Below, one piece after another: positions 9,210-18,540 of a DNA stretch of 45,899 bases. The first letter of the stretch is position 1. Each line of letters begins with the position of its first letter. The notes under the pieces are model-generated. The model did not search any database, was not told the origin of the DNA, and was given only the letters and a program-made list of their open reading frames with translations. Made by a program: the position numbers and the translations under genes. This DNA comes from an uncultured Eubacteriales bacterium (GTDB lineage Bacteria > Bacillota > Clostridia > Lachnospirales > Lachnospiraceae), in assembly GCA_902796795.1 (NCBI GenBank), contig CADBQM010000304.1, positions 1 through 45,899 of the forward strand, written 5' to 3'.

Positions 9210-9647
9210 TTATTCATCCAGTTCGAAAAACAATGTCGTATAGCGGCCCATGTCGTAGAAGCAGGGCTCTACACGGACGGGCAGCTTTTCGCTGATCTCG
9301 CGGGCTTTCCTTTTGTTGATGCCGAGGATGACCGCGTTGATCGCTGGGCCTTCATCGAGCTCAACTTCCCCGCAGACGTATTTCAGTCCCCGGTCCTCCA
9401 GCTCCAGCCGCGCGTTCATGACGCCTGTAAATACAAAGCTTTTCAGCCCGCCCTTGCCGCTTAAGGTCGTCCACTCCGTCTCATGGTAGCCGCAGGTATT
9501 GCAGGCAAGATGCGGCGGGAATTCGATCGCACCGCATTCTTTGCACTTTCTCGCGTAGATCACGCCCTCTGCGAGTCCCTTCCAAAATATCTCGACGATA
9601 TGCTCCGGGTTCCAGAATTCTTCTGTTTTCATTCTTTCCGTGCTCAT
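9210..9647 (-). CDS. DUF35 protein (rubredoxin-like Zn ribbon plus OB fold), 145 aa
   Basis: RBS AAGGGGGA. CKECG...CNTCG Zn-ribbon pairs. Clear paralog of the C-terminal 140 aa of the 42622-44364 fusion protein. Confidence 0.85.
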   Translation of the reverse strand: MSTERMKTEEFWNPEHIVEIFWKGLAEGVIYARKCKECGAIEFPPHLACNTCGYHETEWTTLSGKGGLKSFVFTGVMNARLELEDRGLKYVCGEVELDEGPAINAVILGINKRKAREISEKLPVRVEPCFYDMGRYTTLFFELDE

Positions 9648-9662
9648 TTTCGTCCCCCTTTC

Positions 9663-10379
9663 TCAGAATCCCGACCGCAGGATGATGGCACGCACATTCT
9701 GGGCGCCGCCGAAGCCCCGCAGGAACGTATGCTTCGGGAGCTTCTTCACCTGGCGTTCGCCGGCTTCGCCGCGCATCTGGGTGACCGCTTCGAAAACGTC
9801 TGCCATGCCGGACGCCGCAAAAGCATGTCCGTAGGAGGTCCGTCCGCCGTGAGTATTCATGGGCTTGTCGCCGTCGTAGGCGATCCGGCCGCCGAGATAC
9901 CGTCCGTAGGCCCGGTCAAAGATCGAATCGGGATCCGGGAACAGGACTTCCGAGGTCATCGGAACACGCATGAACGCCGGGGTATTGCCTTCCGGCATGC
10001 CGGTCCCCTGCTCGCTGCAGCCGCTGAGGACGATATCGTACATCCCGCTCGCCACCGCCATAACGGCCTCTTCCAGCGCGATGTAGCCGGTGCAGCAGCC
10101 TTCGGAATGAGAGACAGATCCTTTGCCGCGCATGCCGAACCAGTCCGCGACCTGCAGGTTCGGGGTAATGCAGCGGTTCAGGATGTAGGGATTTGCAGAA
10201 CCGTGGAAGAAAAACTGGACGTCCCTGGGCTCCACCCCGGCATCCTTCATGGCGTCCAGGGCTGCATGGCCGAAAAGCTCGCCGTTCGTCAGGCCCTTAT
10301 AGACAGGATTTTCCACCCCGTTGAAGAATGGTGTCTTCCGTGATGTCCGCAGCATCCTTTTCAAATGCCATTGCCGCAA
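9663..10379 (-). pseudogene. Internally deleted SCP-x-type thiolase-like gene (relic of a paralog of 42622-44364)
   Basis: The 238-aa ORF aligns to residues ~21-165 and ~355-430 of the fusion protein (SEGCCTGY vs SEACCTGY; YDGDKPMNTHGGRTSYGHAFAASG vs YDGDKPINTNGGRTSFGHAHAASG). About 190 central residues and the first beta-strand (IIGVG) are missing. Confidence 0.7.
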
Positions 10380-10430
10380 ATTCGATCAGTTTTTGATCAG
10401 TTCTTCTCTTTCCTTTTTTTCCTCCTTCAT
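10324..10430 (-). pseudogene. Frameshifted 5' stub of an acyl carrier protein gene
   Basis: ATG at 10430 overlaps the MATE stop (ATGA). The reading MKEEKKEREELIKN stops at TGA. Adding one A to the A5 run (plus-strand T-run 10390-10394) restores ...ELIKKLIEFAAMAFEKDAADITEDTIL, an ACP helix-I/loop pattern. Homology then switches, out of frame, into the thiolase relic. Confidence 0.45.
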
Positions 10431-11803
10431 TCAACTGTTTTTTCAGGGTTTATTTTATATCTTCCGGAGAAGTAGAACACGATGCCGATAAAGAACGGTG
10501 TAAAGCCGGCGATCGCGTCGCCCAGCCAGAAACCGTAATGCTTCATGCCGAATGCAAGGCCGAACAGCAGTGCAAGGCCGATCCGCATGACGACACCGTC
10601 CAGGATGGCCGTAAAGAAATTGATCCTGTAATTGCCGGAGCCGTTGATCAGGGCGCTCATCGCAGACCGGAGGGCGCTGCCCACAAACAGCAGGACGGCG
10701 ATCGGGATATACCCCTTGGCGATCGCCAGCACGTCCGCATCGTCCGCGCTGGTAAAAATGCCGAAGATCTGCTCGGGGAACAGGATGATCGCCAGTGAGA
10801 ATACCGCGGCGATGGTCAGGGTGATGATCAGCATCTTCTGCAGGATCTTTTTCACCCGGCCGTACTCTTTTGCGGCGATGTTCTGGCCGATCATCGTGGA
10901 GCCGGCCGTATTCATCGCGTTCGAGACGAGGTTCGCTACGCTGCCGATCTTGTTTGCGATGCCGGCAAACGCGGAGACCGCCACACCGTAGGAATTGATG
11001 AAAGAGTTCACGAACATCTTGCTGATCTGGATCGATGCCGACTTGATAGCCATCGGTGTCCCGAGCTTGACCAGCGAAGAAAGCATCTCCTTATCCCAGC
11101 GGAAGAACCAGGCCGGTTTAATATGCAGCGAGAATTTTTCCCGATTGCGGTACAGGAAGATCGCACAGGCGACAAAGCTGACCGCCTGCGAAAGTACGGT
11201 CGCCAGTGCAGCGCCGCCCGCGCCCATCTCGAGGAAAATGACGAAAACGACGTCCAGTCCCAGATTCATCACGGCAGCGATACTGATGAAGATGAACGGG
11301 TGTCTGGAATCGCCCATGCCGCGCAGGATCGCACTGACGACGTTATAGCCGTAGATGAACACCAGACCGATCATGCTGACAAGGGAGTAGGCCACTGCGC
11401 CGGAAAAAGCTTCTTCCGGCGTGTTCATCAGCCGCAGGATCGGCTGCTGGATCAGGATGCCGAGGACACTTAAGATCACGGCCGCAGCCAGGAGAAAACC
11501 GGCGGTGGTCCCGACGAAACGGCCGATCTTTTCCTGCTGCCGGCTGCCGATATAGCGGGCGATCAGGACCTGGGCGGCTGCCGAAAAGCCCATCACGATG
11601 AATGTAAGGAAATGGACGACGTCACCGCCGACGGATACAGCCGAGATCCCGGCCTTTCCCAGGACCTTTCCGACCACCATCATGTCGACCATGTTGTAAA
11701 CGACCTGCAGCAGGTTTGAAAGGAACAGCGGGGAAGCAAAGCTGATCAGCTGTTTTGTGATATTGCCGGTCGTAAAATCGGTGATACCGCTTTTATTCGC
11801 CAC
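10427..11803 (-). CDS. MATE family efflux transporter, ~458 aa
   Basis: Polytopic membrane protein with the MATE N-terminal signature (TTGNITKQLISFASPLFLSNLLQ). The likely start is the GTG at 11803, preceded by GAGGAGGAAACT. The track start at 11824 is also GTG and would overlap the upstream gene by 32 nt. Confidence 0.85.
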   Translation of the reverse strand: MANKSGITDFTTGNITKQLISFASPLFLSNLLQVVYNMVDMMVVGKVLGKAGISAVSVGGDVVHFLTFIVMGFSAAAQVLIARYIGSRQQEKIGRFVGTTAGFLLAAAVILSVLGILIQQPILRLMNTPEEAFSGAVAYSLVSMIGLVFIYGYNVVSAILRGMGDSRHPFIFISIAAVMNLGLDVVFVIFLEMGAGGAALATVLSQAVSFVACAIFLYRNREKFSLHIKPAWFFRWDKEMLSSLVKLGTPMAIKSASIQISKMFVNSFINSYGVAVSAFAGIANKIGSVANLVSNAMNTAGSTMIGQNIAAKEYGRVKKILQKMLIITLTIAAVFSLAIILFPEQIFGIFTSADDADVLAIAKGYIPIAVLLFVGSALRSAMSALINGSGNYRINFFTAILDGVVMRIGLALLFGLAFGMKHYGFWLGDAIAGFTPFFIGIVFYFSGRYKINPEKTVE

Positions 11804-13361
11804 AGTTTCCTCCTCTCCCGGCACTGCCGGTCTCTTCTTCGATCCTCTTCATACAGACGGCGACGGCATGGCTGCGCACGAACTGCTGCAGCTCGTTCTC
11901 GTCCTCCGGTCCCGCGATCATGGTGTCCCCGATATCGAGGACATTCCTTTCCTCCGCACTGTAGGGCCGCCATTCCGGCCGCGCGCCTGAGACGCCTTCT
12001 TTTCCGGCTCCGTTCGGATCGCCGTATTTGATGAAATTGCACCAGTATTCCTGGACATTTTCCGCGATCTCGTCATCGAGGGCCGCGGCATTCGGGATCT
12101 CCCGCTGCCGGCCGAGAAGATACTGTGTTTCCAGCCCGTGCCTTGCGATCCCGGACGCTGGATCCTTGTGGGAGAAAGAAAACACATAGACCGGTTTTCT
12201 GCCATCAGCAGCCTGCAGCTCCGCGAATGCCTTTGCCGCACAGTGCCCGGTATGCATGTCATGCATGAGACGCGCGACCTCCTGCTTCGTTTCCATGCCG
12301 AAACGTTCACAGAGCTTCACGCCCTCTTCGCCGAAGAGCTCTCTTGTCTGCTGCCGGAAGACCGCCGGATCGATGAACAGTGCGAAACCGCCGGCCTCGT
12401 CTTTTGTCGTGCCCACCAGATATGGGATGTTATGGTTCCGGAGGGTCATCGTGCACTCGTTGGAAGGGATCGGCAGCAGGTATCCGTCACCGCAGACCCC
12501 GAGCGAGACACCGTAATGCAGGCGCCGCCGGAAAGCGGAATCCGGGTTCACGATCAGTTCTTCATAGCTCATTTCCCGGAGTTCCGCAACAGACGTTTTG
12601 CCAAGTTCCTTCACGAACTCGATACCGGCTGCTTCCACTTCATGAAGCGTATCGACCTTGAAATCCTCCGGATAGGAGGTCGGATCCATGCCGATGCCGC
12701 TCTCGATGATCGCACCGGCGATCTTTCCTTCGGTCAGCGGGGAACAGGCCATCGCCTGCGTAGAGATCGCGCCGCCGGAGCACCCGCCGACCACGATATG
12801 GTCCGGATCTCCGCCAAACGCCGCGATGTTCTCCCGCAGCCAGTCGATCGCCGCGACCTGGTCCAGGTGTGCATAGTTCCCGGAAGTCCCGTAGGGGCTT
12901 TCCGCATCCAGTTCCGGATGCGCGAAATAGCCCATGATGCCCAGGCGATAATTTGCAGTAACATAGACGATACCGCGCTTCACAAAGGGCGCAGGGCTTG
13001 CGTTCCTGCCGTTTGCAGAACCGCAGCAGCAGGCGCCGCCATGGTACCACAGAAAAACGGGAAGTTTCGCCTCACGATCCAGCGTGGGCGTCCAGATATT
13101 CATGTAGAGGCAGTCTTCCGACTGCGTAAGCTCATATTTGCCTTCTGTCGGGTCATTTCCAGGGATCGCCTGCGACGGCGCCTGCAGCGCGATCGCGCTG
13201 AACTCGAGTGCTTCCCGCACGCCGTCCCATGGTTCCGGCTTTTCCGGCGCCCGCCACCGAAGATCTCCGACCGGCGGCTTCGCGAACGGAACGCCTAAGA
13301 ATTCATGGAAGCCGTCACGTTCCCGCCCGAGCAGTTTCCCGTAAGCTGTACTGACGATCAT
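11793..13361 (-). CDS. Carboxylesterase type B, ~522 aa (divergent fourth paralog)
   Basis: Classic N-terminus YGKLLG...FLGVPFAKPPVGDLRW, HGGA region, and elbow GGCSGGA. The ATG at 13361 has better spacing from GAAAGG than the track start at 13370. Confidence 0.85.
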   Translation of the reverse strand: MIVSTAYGKLLGRERDGFHEFLGVPFAKPPVGDLRWRAPEKPEPWDGVREALEFSAIALQAPSQAIPGNDPTEGKYELTQSEDCLYMNIWTPTLDREAKLPVFLWYHGGACCCGSANGRNASPAPFVKRGIVYVTANYRLGIMGYFAHPELDAESPYGTSGNYAHLDQVAAIDWLRENIAAFGGDPDHIVVGGCSGGAISTQAMACSPLTEGKIAGAIIESGIGMDPTSYPEDFKVDTLHEVEAAGIEFVKELGKTSVAELREMSYEELIVNPDSAFRRRLHYGVSLGVCGDGYLLPIPSNECTMTLRNHNIPYLVGTTKDEAGGFALFIDPAVFRQQTRELFGEEGVKLCERFGMETKQEVARLMHDMHTGHCAAKAFAELQAADGRKPVYVFSFSHKDPASGIARHGLETQYLLGRQREIPNAAALDDEIAENVQEYWCNFIKYGDPNGAGKEGVSGARPEWRPYSAEERNVLDIGDTMIAGPEDENELQQFVRSHAVAVCMKRIEEETGSAGRGGNCGE

Positions 13362-13380
13362 CGTCCGCATCCTTTCTGCT

Positions 13381-14562
13381 TTACAGCTGATCCTTGATCC
13401 GCACCTCGATCTTCCGGTTCTGTCCGAAGATATGGCTCAGGAAATAAGGGACCTCCTCCTCTGCAAAAACACCGAAGGCGCGTCCATGCTCCTGGTCCTT
13501 CCCAAGGCTGTCATAAAGCTGCGGGCAGACGATGGCGACGTGCTTTTCTTCCGCGATCGCCTCCAGGTCCTGCTTCCGCTGCCAGTAGGTATAGTCGTCA
13601 TCCGCCGGATGGATCATCACCCAGGCTTCCGTCCAGGGATCCTCCCTGCTTTCTTTCGGCAGGATGAATTCGCAATCCAGTAAACCGTGGGTCGCCACGG
13701 ATTCCAGATCTGCCCGGACGTCGATGGCCGGAAGATCGGCAGGCTCGTATACTTTCGGGAACGGCAGGCCGGGATCCTCCCGGAAGCCCAGCTTCTTCAG
13801 CCCGGTCCATTTCAGGAAATTCTGAAGAGCAACGTCCCAGAAATCCCAGCCATGGGAACCTGGACGTGTGATGTAGGTAATGTCGTACCCGGCTTCCTTC
13901 AGATTCTTATAACAGGCCTCGTTTAACGGGAAGGTAAAGTCCTCCGTGCCGCATTCCTGGTAGAAACGCGGCATGGGTTTGTTGTTTTTTACGATATCTT
14001 TCGCGATTGCCATGGAATCATTCGGCCAATGGGACATATATTCAAGATTGCCAAAGCATTCGGAGAAATCTTTGTCCGTGGAAGGATCTCCGTTATAGAA
14101 CCGGTTGATCGTGTCGATCATGTCCACCGGGCTCGAGAAGGAACCGATCGCGCCGAAATACTCGTTCAGCACCAGCCCAAGCTTAAAGCCCATGTATCCG
14201 CCCAGCGAAAGCCCGGCCACGAAATGGTTCTCACGCCCCGGCGCCACCGGAAGCAGACGATCGAGCAGCGGGACCAGCTCCTGATACAGATAGCTGAAGT
14301 ACTTCTTGCCGATATACATGTCCATGCCAAAGGACGACCATGTGGAGGTCATGACAGTGATCAGACCGTACTCATCCGCGTATCGTTCGGCAGAGGTCTG
14401 CCGGAGCCAGGCGCTGCGGTCATCCGTATTGCCATGCGTCAGATATAGGATCGGGTAAGTACGCGCGGTATCCCCGATCTTCGAAAGCTTCGGTACCGTG
14501 ACGTTCACGGATACGCGGCTTTTCAGATTTTCAGAAAAAAACGTCAGTGTATAGAGTCCCAT
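13381..14562 (-). CDS. Esterase-D/tributyrin-esterase-family alpha/beta hydrolase with a truncated second esterase repeat, 393 aa
   Basis: RBS GAGGAGG. First domain: YLTHGNTDD...GLSLGGYMG. The C-terminal ~110 aa repeat only the N-terminal half of the same fold (VMIHPADDD...AEEKHVAIVCP...EEEVPYFLSHIF) and end before a nucleophile elbow. Confidence 0.75.
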   Translation of the reverse strand: MGLYTLTFFSENLKSRVSVNVTVPKLSKIGDTARTYPILYLTHGNTDDRSAWLRQTSAERYADEYGLITVMTSTWSSFGMDMYIGKKYFSYLYQELVPLLDRLLPVAPGRENHFVAGLSLGGYMGFKLGLVLNEYFGAIGSFSSPVDMIDTINRFYNGDPSTDKDFSECFGNLEYMSHWPNDSMAIAKDIVKNNKPMPRFYQECGTEDFTFPLNEACYKNLKEAGYDITYITRPGSHGWDFWDVALQNFLKWTGLKKLGFREDPGLPFPKVYEPADLPAIDVRADLESVATHGLLDCEFILPKESREDPWTEAWVMIHPADDDYTYWQRKQDLEAIAEEKHVAIVCPQLYDSLGKDQEHGRAFGVFAEEEVPYFLSHIFGQNRKIEVRIKDQL

Positions 14563-14591
14563 CCGGAATCCTCCTCTCTTCCTGTCTGTGA

Positions 14592-16106
14592 TCAGTCAAA
14601 AGGCAGTTCTGCTTTTTCCGCCTCATCAACAAAGAACCGGACATGTTCCGGCAGCAGATGGCCATGCAGAACCATACGCTCCGCGGCTTCCCGGACCTTT
14701 TTTACGTAGCCTGCACGGCTGCCGTAGAGTTTCCTGAGCTCCTCTTCCGTCAATCTGCGGATGATGACGCCGTTCGCGTCCGTCGCAAAGAGCGGCGCGT
14801 CGACGTAAGGGCTTCTGAGTCCGCCTTTGAACACGCCGTATTTGTCCCTAGCAAAGGTCATGTCGGGATAATCTCCCTCCATTTCGATCCAGTCCACCTT
14901 TTCCGGCGCTTCGCCGGTACGCATCCATTTCCACAGGTTCTCGATCATCGCCGAGACGATCAGGTGGGCGGGGAATTCGTGGACCTCCCCACGGAAGAAA
15001 GGCGGTCCGCCGTGATCTCCTGCGCCGCCGGTACCGTCGATCAGCGGTGCGTTCTTCGGCCTGCCGGCATCAAATCTGCCGGGACCGGCTTTTTCCAGAT
15101 CTTCTTTGCAATTGCCATAGCGGTCTGTGAACTTCCGTCCGATCCCGCCGCCGGCGATCTCGATCAGCCGAAGATACCGGCCTTCTTCATTCGGCTGATA
15201 CCGATGCCACAGGGTGGACCACGAGGGATGCATCGTCTCGCCGAGCAGATCAGCGACGGTATTCAAATGGATGAACGGAACTTCGCTGTAGTAAAGATCC
15301 CGGAAATCGAAGGGATCCAGCATTCCGCGGGAATTGTTCAGGAAGCCGGGCGCACCGGTCATGAAGATCAGAAAACCATCGTAACAGGGCTGTCCATTCG
15401 GCAGCTTGGTGACCGGATGCACTGCCGCCGCATATGCGGACAGATTGCCGGGCGTCGTGCCCTGCAGCATCAGCTTTTCGACCTTGTATCCGACAAAAGG
15501 AGAATCTGCCCGGCCGGACTTGATCAGTGCAGCGGTCTGACTGTAGAAATCATACTGCAGGCCATCCTCGGTTTCTTCGTCCATGGGGGACCCGTCCACC
15601 CATGGTACTGACGGAAGCCGTTCCGCTTCCGGGATCGGGTTTTTGAACGATAGTTCTCCGTAACGCGCCGGATCAAACCTGCGCATCACCTTCATCGACA
15701 TTTCGGAGATCGTGAAGCTGACGCTGGCATAGCCGCGGGACATCAGGTATTCGTGGCAGGGCGCCCAGCCTGTATTGGATTTGTCAAAGCCTGAGTTCGC
15801 GTTCATCAGCTCACAGTGGATGAGTCCGCTGAACTTTTCGGGATCCCTGGGCTTCCGAACGATCATCCGGGAACAGTAAGGCGCATTCGGAAAAAGAATG
15901 TGCGGGTAGCGCTCATTATCTGTCCAGTGGTAGACGTTGGCGCTGCCTTTGACGATATATTCTTCCTCGATATAATCATACGCTGCAAGGTCGATCGGTT
16001 CGATCATGTGCCGTGAACCGCCGAGGATATGAGAACTTTCTGTTTCAGGGACAAGCCTGCACGATTCCGGCGGACAGACAGTCCTGAGCAGCGGAGCTTT
16101 ATTCAT
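14592..16106 (-). CDS. Large alpha/beta-hydrolase-domain protein of unknown specificity, 504 aa
   Basis: Trimmed to the ATG at 16106 (RBS AAAGGAAAAA), which overlaps the MFS stop by 8 nt. By eye it resembles the uncharacterised 'alpha/beta hydrolase domain-containing protein' family (GW..., RRFDPARYGELSF, YDFYSQTAALIKS). No canonical GxSxG was seen. Confidence 0.5.
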   Translation of the reverse strand: MNKAPLLRTVCPPESCRLVPETESSHILGGSRHMIEPIDLAAYDYIEEEYIVKGSANVYHWTDNERYPHILFPNAPYCSRMIVRKPRDPEKFSGLIHCELMNANSGFDKSNTGWAPCHEYLMSRGYASVSFTISEMSMKVMRRFDPARYGELSFKNPIPEAERLPSVPWVDGSPMDEETEDGLQYDFYSQTAALIKSGRADSPFVGYKVEKLMLQGTTPGNLSAYAAAVHPVTKLPNGQPCYDGFLIFMTGAPGFLNNSRGMLDPFDFRDLYYSEVPFIHLNTVADLLGETMHPSWSTLWHRYQPNEEGRYLRLIEIAGGGIGRKFTDRYGNCKEDLEKAGPGRFDAGRPKNAPLIDGTGGAGDHGGPPFFRGEVHEFPAHLIVSAMIENLWKWMRTGEAPEKVDWIEMEGDYPDMTFARDKYGVFKGGLRSPYVDAPLFATDANGVIIRRLTEEELRKLYGSRAGYVKKVREAAERMVLHGHLLPEHVRFFVDEAEKAELPFD

Positions 16107-17271
16107 TTTCTTTTTTTCCTTTCTCTCCAGCTGCGCACCAGATGCCCGTGAGCACGGCAAGCACGGCCATGCCGATCGCAGCGATCAGGAACACATGCCC
16201 GGTCGTTTCTTCACCGAAGAAGAGGCGGGATGCGGAATTGGTCGCGATCGGCGAAAGGAAGCCGCCGAGCTGCACCCCGCAGGAGAACAGCGCGGTCGCC
16301 ATCGCCGCCGACTGCGCATTGACAGCGTTCGTGACGGTCACGAAGCCGGTCGGCATGAAGATGCCCTGACAGATGCCGCAGAACAGGGCGCCGATCAATA
16401 AAAACGCCGCGTTTGCCGGGAACAGGACGAGCAGCAATGCGCCGATCGCAAAGGATACCAGCGCAGCGGTCATCGTCTGTTTTTTGAAAAGCTTCGTCAC
16501 TGCGCCAAGCACGATGCCCGCGATGATCTGGATCAGTGAGAAGGCTGCGGTCAGGATACCGGAAAAGCTGCTGCTTCCCGCATACTTACCGCCGAGATGC
16601 ATCGATATATTCGTATTGAAAGTGATCAGGAACATAAAGAAGAAGAACCCGATCCCTGCCATGATAAAGATGTCTTTGTTCAGGCTGATGCGGTTTTCCC
16701 TGTCGACCTGCACTCTTCCCGTATCTGGCAGGCAGATGATCAGCAGGACCAGTGCGATCAGCGCGATCATATTGATCCAGTAGGACATGCGGTAATCCGT
16801 GCTGCCCAGGACGCCCGCGAGCGCGTTGATGATCATCATGCCCGCGCCGACCGAGGCCGCCTGGATCCCCATGACCTGGACCCGCTCCTCGCCCTCAAAG
16901 AAGTCCGCGACCACGACGCCGTTTAACGACATCGTCAGTCCAAGCGAGATCCCGTAGACGATCCTGCAGGCAAACAGGAGCCCAAAGCTCTCTTTCGCAA
17001 ACGGCAGAAAGCCGGTGACGAGCGCCACTGCGGCTGCAATGAGCAGCAGCTTTTTCTTGCTGATCTTCGTCACCAGGATCCCGGAAAGCAGCGCGATCGC
17101 CATCGCCAGAAGACCCGGACCGGAGACCAGCATCTGTACCAGGCTGGTCTCAACGTCCGGGAATGCATTCTGGATACTGTTCAGCACAGGGGCTACACTG
17201 TGCTGCAGCCCCTGTATAAATGAGATACAGACGATCGCGATAATGATCTTAATCTTCTGTTTTTTTGCCAT
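16099..17271 (-). CDS. MFS transporter, 390 aa
   Basis: Trimmed to the ATG at 17271 (MAKKQKIKIIIAIV...). About 12 hydrophobic segments. It starts 13 nt after the upstream esterase stop. Confidence 0.85.
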   Translation of the reverse strand: MAKKQKIKIIIAIVCISFIQGLQHSVAPVLNSIQNAFPDVETSLVQMLVSGPGLLAMAIALLSGILVTKISKKKLLLIAAAVALVTGFLPFAKESFGLLFACRIVYGISLGLTMSLNGVVVADFFEGEERVQVMGIQAASVGAGMMIINALAGVLGSTDYRMSYWINMIALIALVLLIICLPDTGRVQVDRENRISLNKDIFIMAGIGFFFFMFLITFNTNISMHLGGKYAGSSSFSGILTAAFSLIQIIAGIVLGAVTKLFKKQTMTAALVSFAIGALLLVLFPANAAFLLIGALFCGICQGIFMPTGFVTVTNAVNAQSAAMATALFSCGVQLGGFLSPIATNSASRLFFGEETTGHVFLIAAIGMAVLAVLTGIWCAAGEKGKKENE

Positions 17272-17284
17272 TATGCCTTTTCCT

Positions 17285-18511
17285 TTATCTCCAAAGCACT
17301 TCGGATGCAAAATAGGTGAACATCGCCGGCCAGCAGAACCAGTCATGCGAACCCGGGACAAAATACGGAATGTAGGGAAGCCCTGCTTCCTTCAGCGCCC
17401 GGATCGTCGGCGGAACACCGATCTCCCGCTCGTTGTAGGCGATGTCCTCTTCCGCGGAACCGATCAGCAGTGTCACGTCCTTCAGATGCGGATTGTCCAG
17501 CGTAAAGCCTTCGCCGCCGCAGAAACCGCCGGAAAATGCGCCAAAGTAGGAGAAGCGCTCCGGATGATGCATGTAGGTGTACATCGTGGTGATCGCGCCC
17601 ATCGAAAGGCCGCAGAACGCCATCCATTCCGGATCCTCGGTCACCGCATAGACGGTCCTGAGATACGGGAGGATGCACTGGATGATGTTCTGGTCGATCT
17701 TTGCGAAGTCCCAGTCATAGACCGAGTTGTTCATCGTGACCACGATCGCCGGTTCGGTCCTGCCGTCCGCGATCAAGTTGTCCATGATGTTCACAAGGCC
17801 GCCCTGGGAGAACCAGTCGGCTTCGTTGCCGCCGCCGCCGTGGGAAACGAAGATCAGGGGATATTCGAGATCCTTATCATAGCCTGCCGGCAGGTAAACG
17901 CCCATCGTCCGGTCATTGCCCTCGATATCCTTGTAGCTGACGTAGCTCGCCAGGCCCTTCACGGCAGGATTCGCTGCAGGCAGCCAGGGATAATCATCCG
18001 GCGTGCCGACGTACAGCTCGCTGTTCATCTGGGCACCGTCCTTCGTCGGGGCGAAAGGCGGGTTCTTCGGATCCGGGATCCAGGGCTTGAATTCCTTCAG
18101 CGCATGATAGCTGCCGTCCTCGGTCATGAAATTCTGCCAGGACATCCGCGGGTCGTCGGAGGGATCGCAGATCTCGCCGTTGATCAGAAAACCGTAGGGA
18201 TACATGCCCGCAGGCAGCTTCAGCGTCGTCGTATACAGGCCGGTCTTTTCGTCCAGGGTCATCTCCTGGTAATAGCGGCCGCCGATATTGCTCATGCCAT
18301 CTTCATACTGAGCAGGCGGATATTTCGGATCATGTTCGACCATGCCCTGCTCGTCGGTATTGCCCTTCAGATTGCTCCGGTAGAACAGGAACTCGCCGAG
18401 TACACCGACGCTTTCGACTTCTTCCTTCACGTCCGCAGGATCCAGCGTCAGGGTCACGTCATACATTTTTTTCTGCAGGAAACGCTCTTCCGATCTTCTC
18501 TTCTCAGCCAT
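17285..18511 (-). CDS. Esterase (putative-esterase/feruloyl-esterase-like family) with an N-terminal Ig-like (E-set/CBM48-like) domain, 408 aa
   Basis: RBS AAGGAG. The N-terminal ~110 aa form a beta-sandwich-like domain (VGVLGEF...YYQEMTLDEKTGLYTTTLKLPAGMYPYGF). Catalytic part: FVSHGGGGNE, GLSMGA elbow, HDW. Confidence 0.8.
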   Translation of the reverse strand: MAEKRRSEERFLQKKMYDVTLTLDPADVKEEVESVGVLGEFLFYRSNLKGNTDEQGMVEHDPKYPPAQYEDGMSNIGGRYYQEMTLDEKTGLYTTTLKLPAGMYPYGFLINGEICDPSDDPRMSWQNFMTEDGSYHALKEFKPWIPDPKNPPFAPTKDGAQMNSELYVGTPDDYPWLPAANPAVKGLASYVSYKDIEGNDRTMGVYLPAGYDKDLEYPLIFVSHGGGGNEADWFSQGGLVNIMDNLIADGRTEPAIVVTMNNSVYDWDFAKIDQNIIQCILPYLRTVYAVTEDPEWMAFCGLSMGAITTMYTYMHHPERFSYFGAFSGGFCGGEGFTLDNPHLKDVTLLIGSAEEDIAYNEREIGVPPTIRALKEAGLPYIPYFVPGSHDWFCWPAMFTYFASEVLWR

Positions 18512-18540
18512 AAATACTCCTTATCTTTCTCAGGCCCGGC

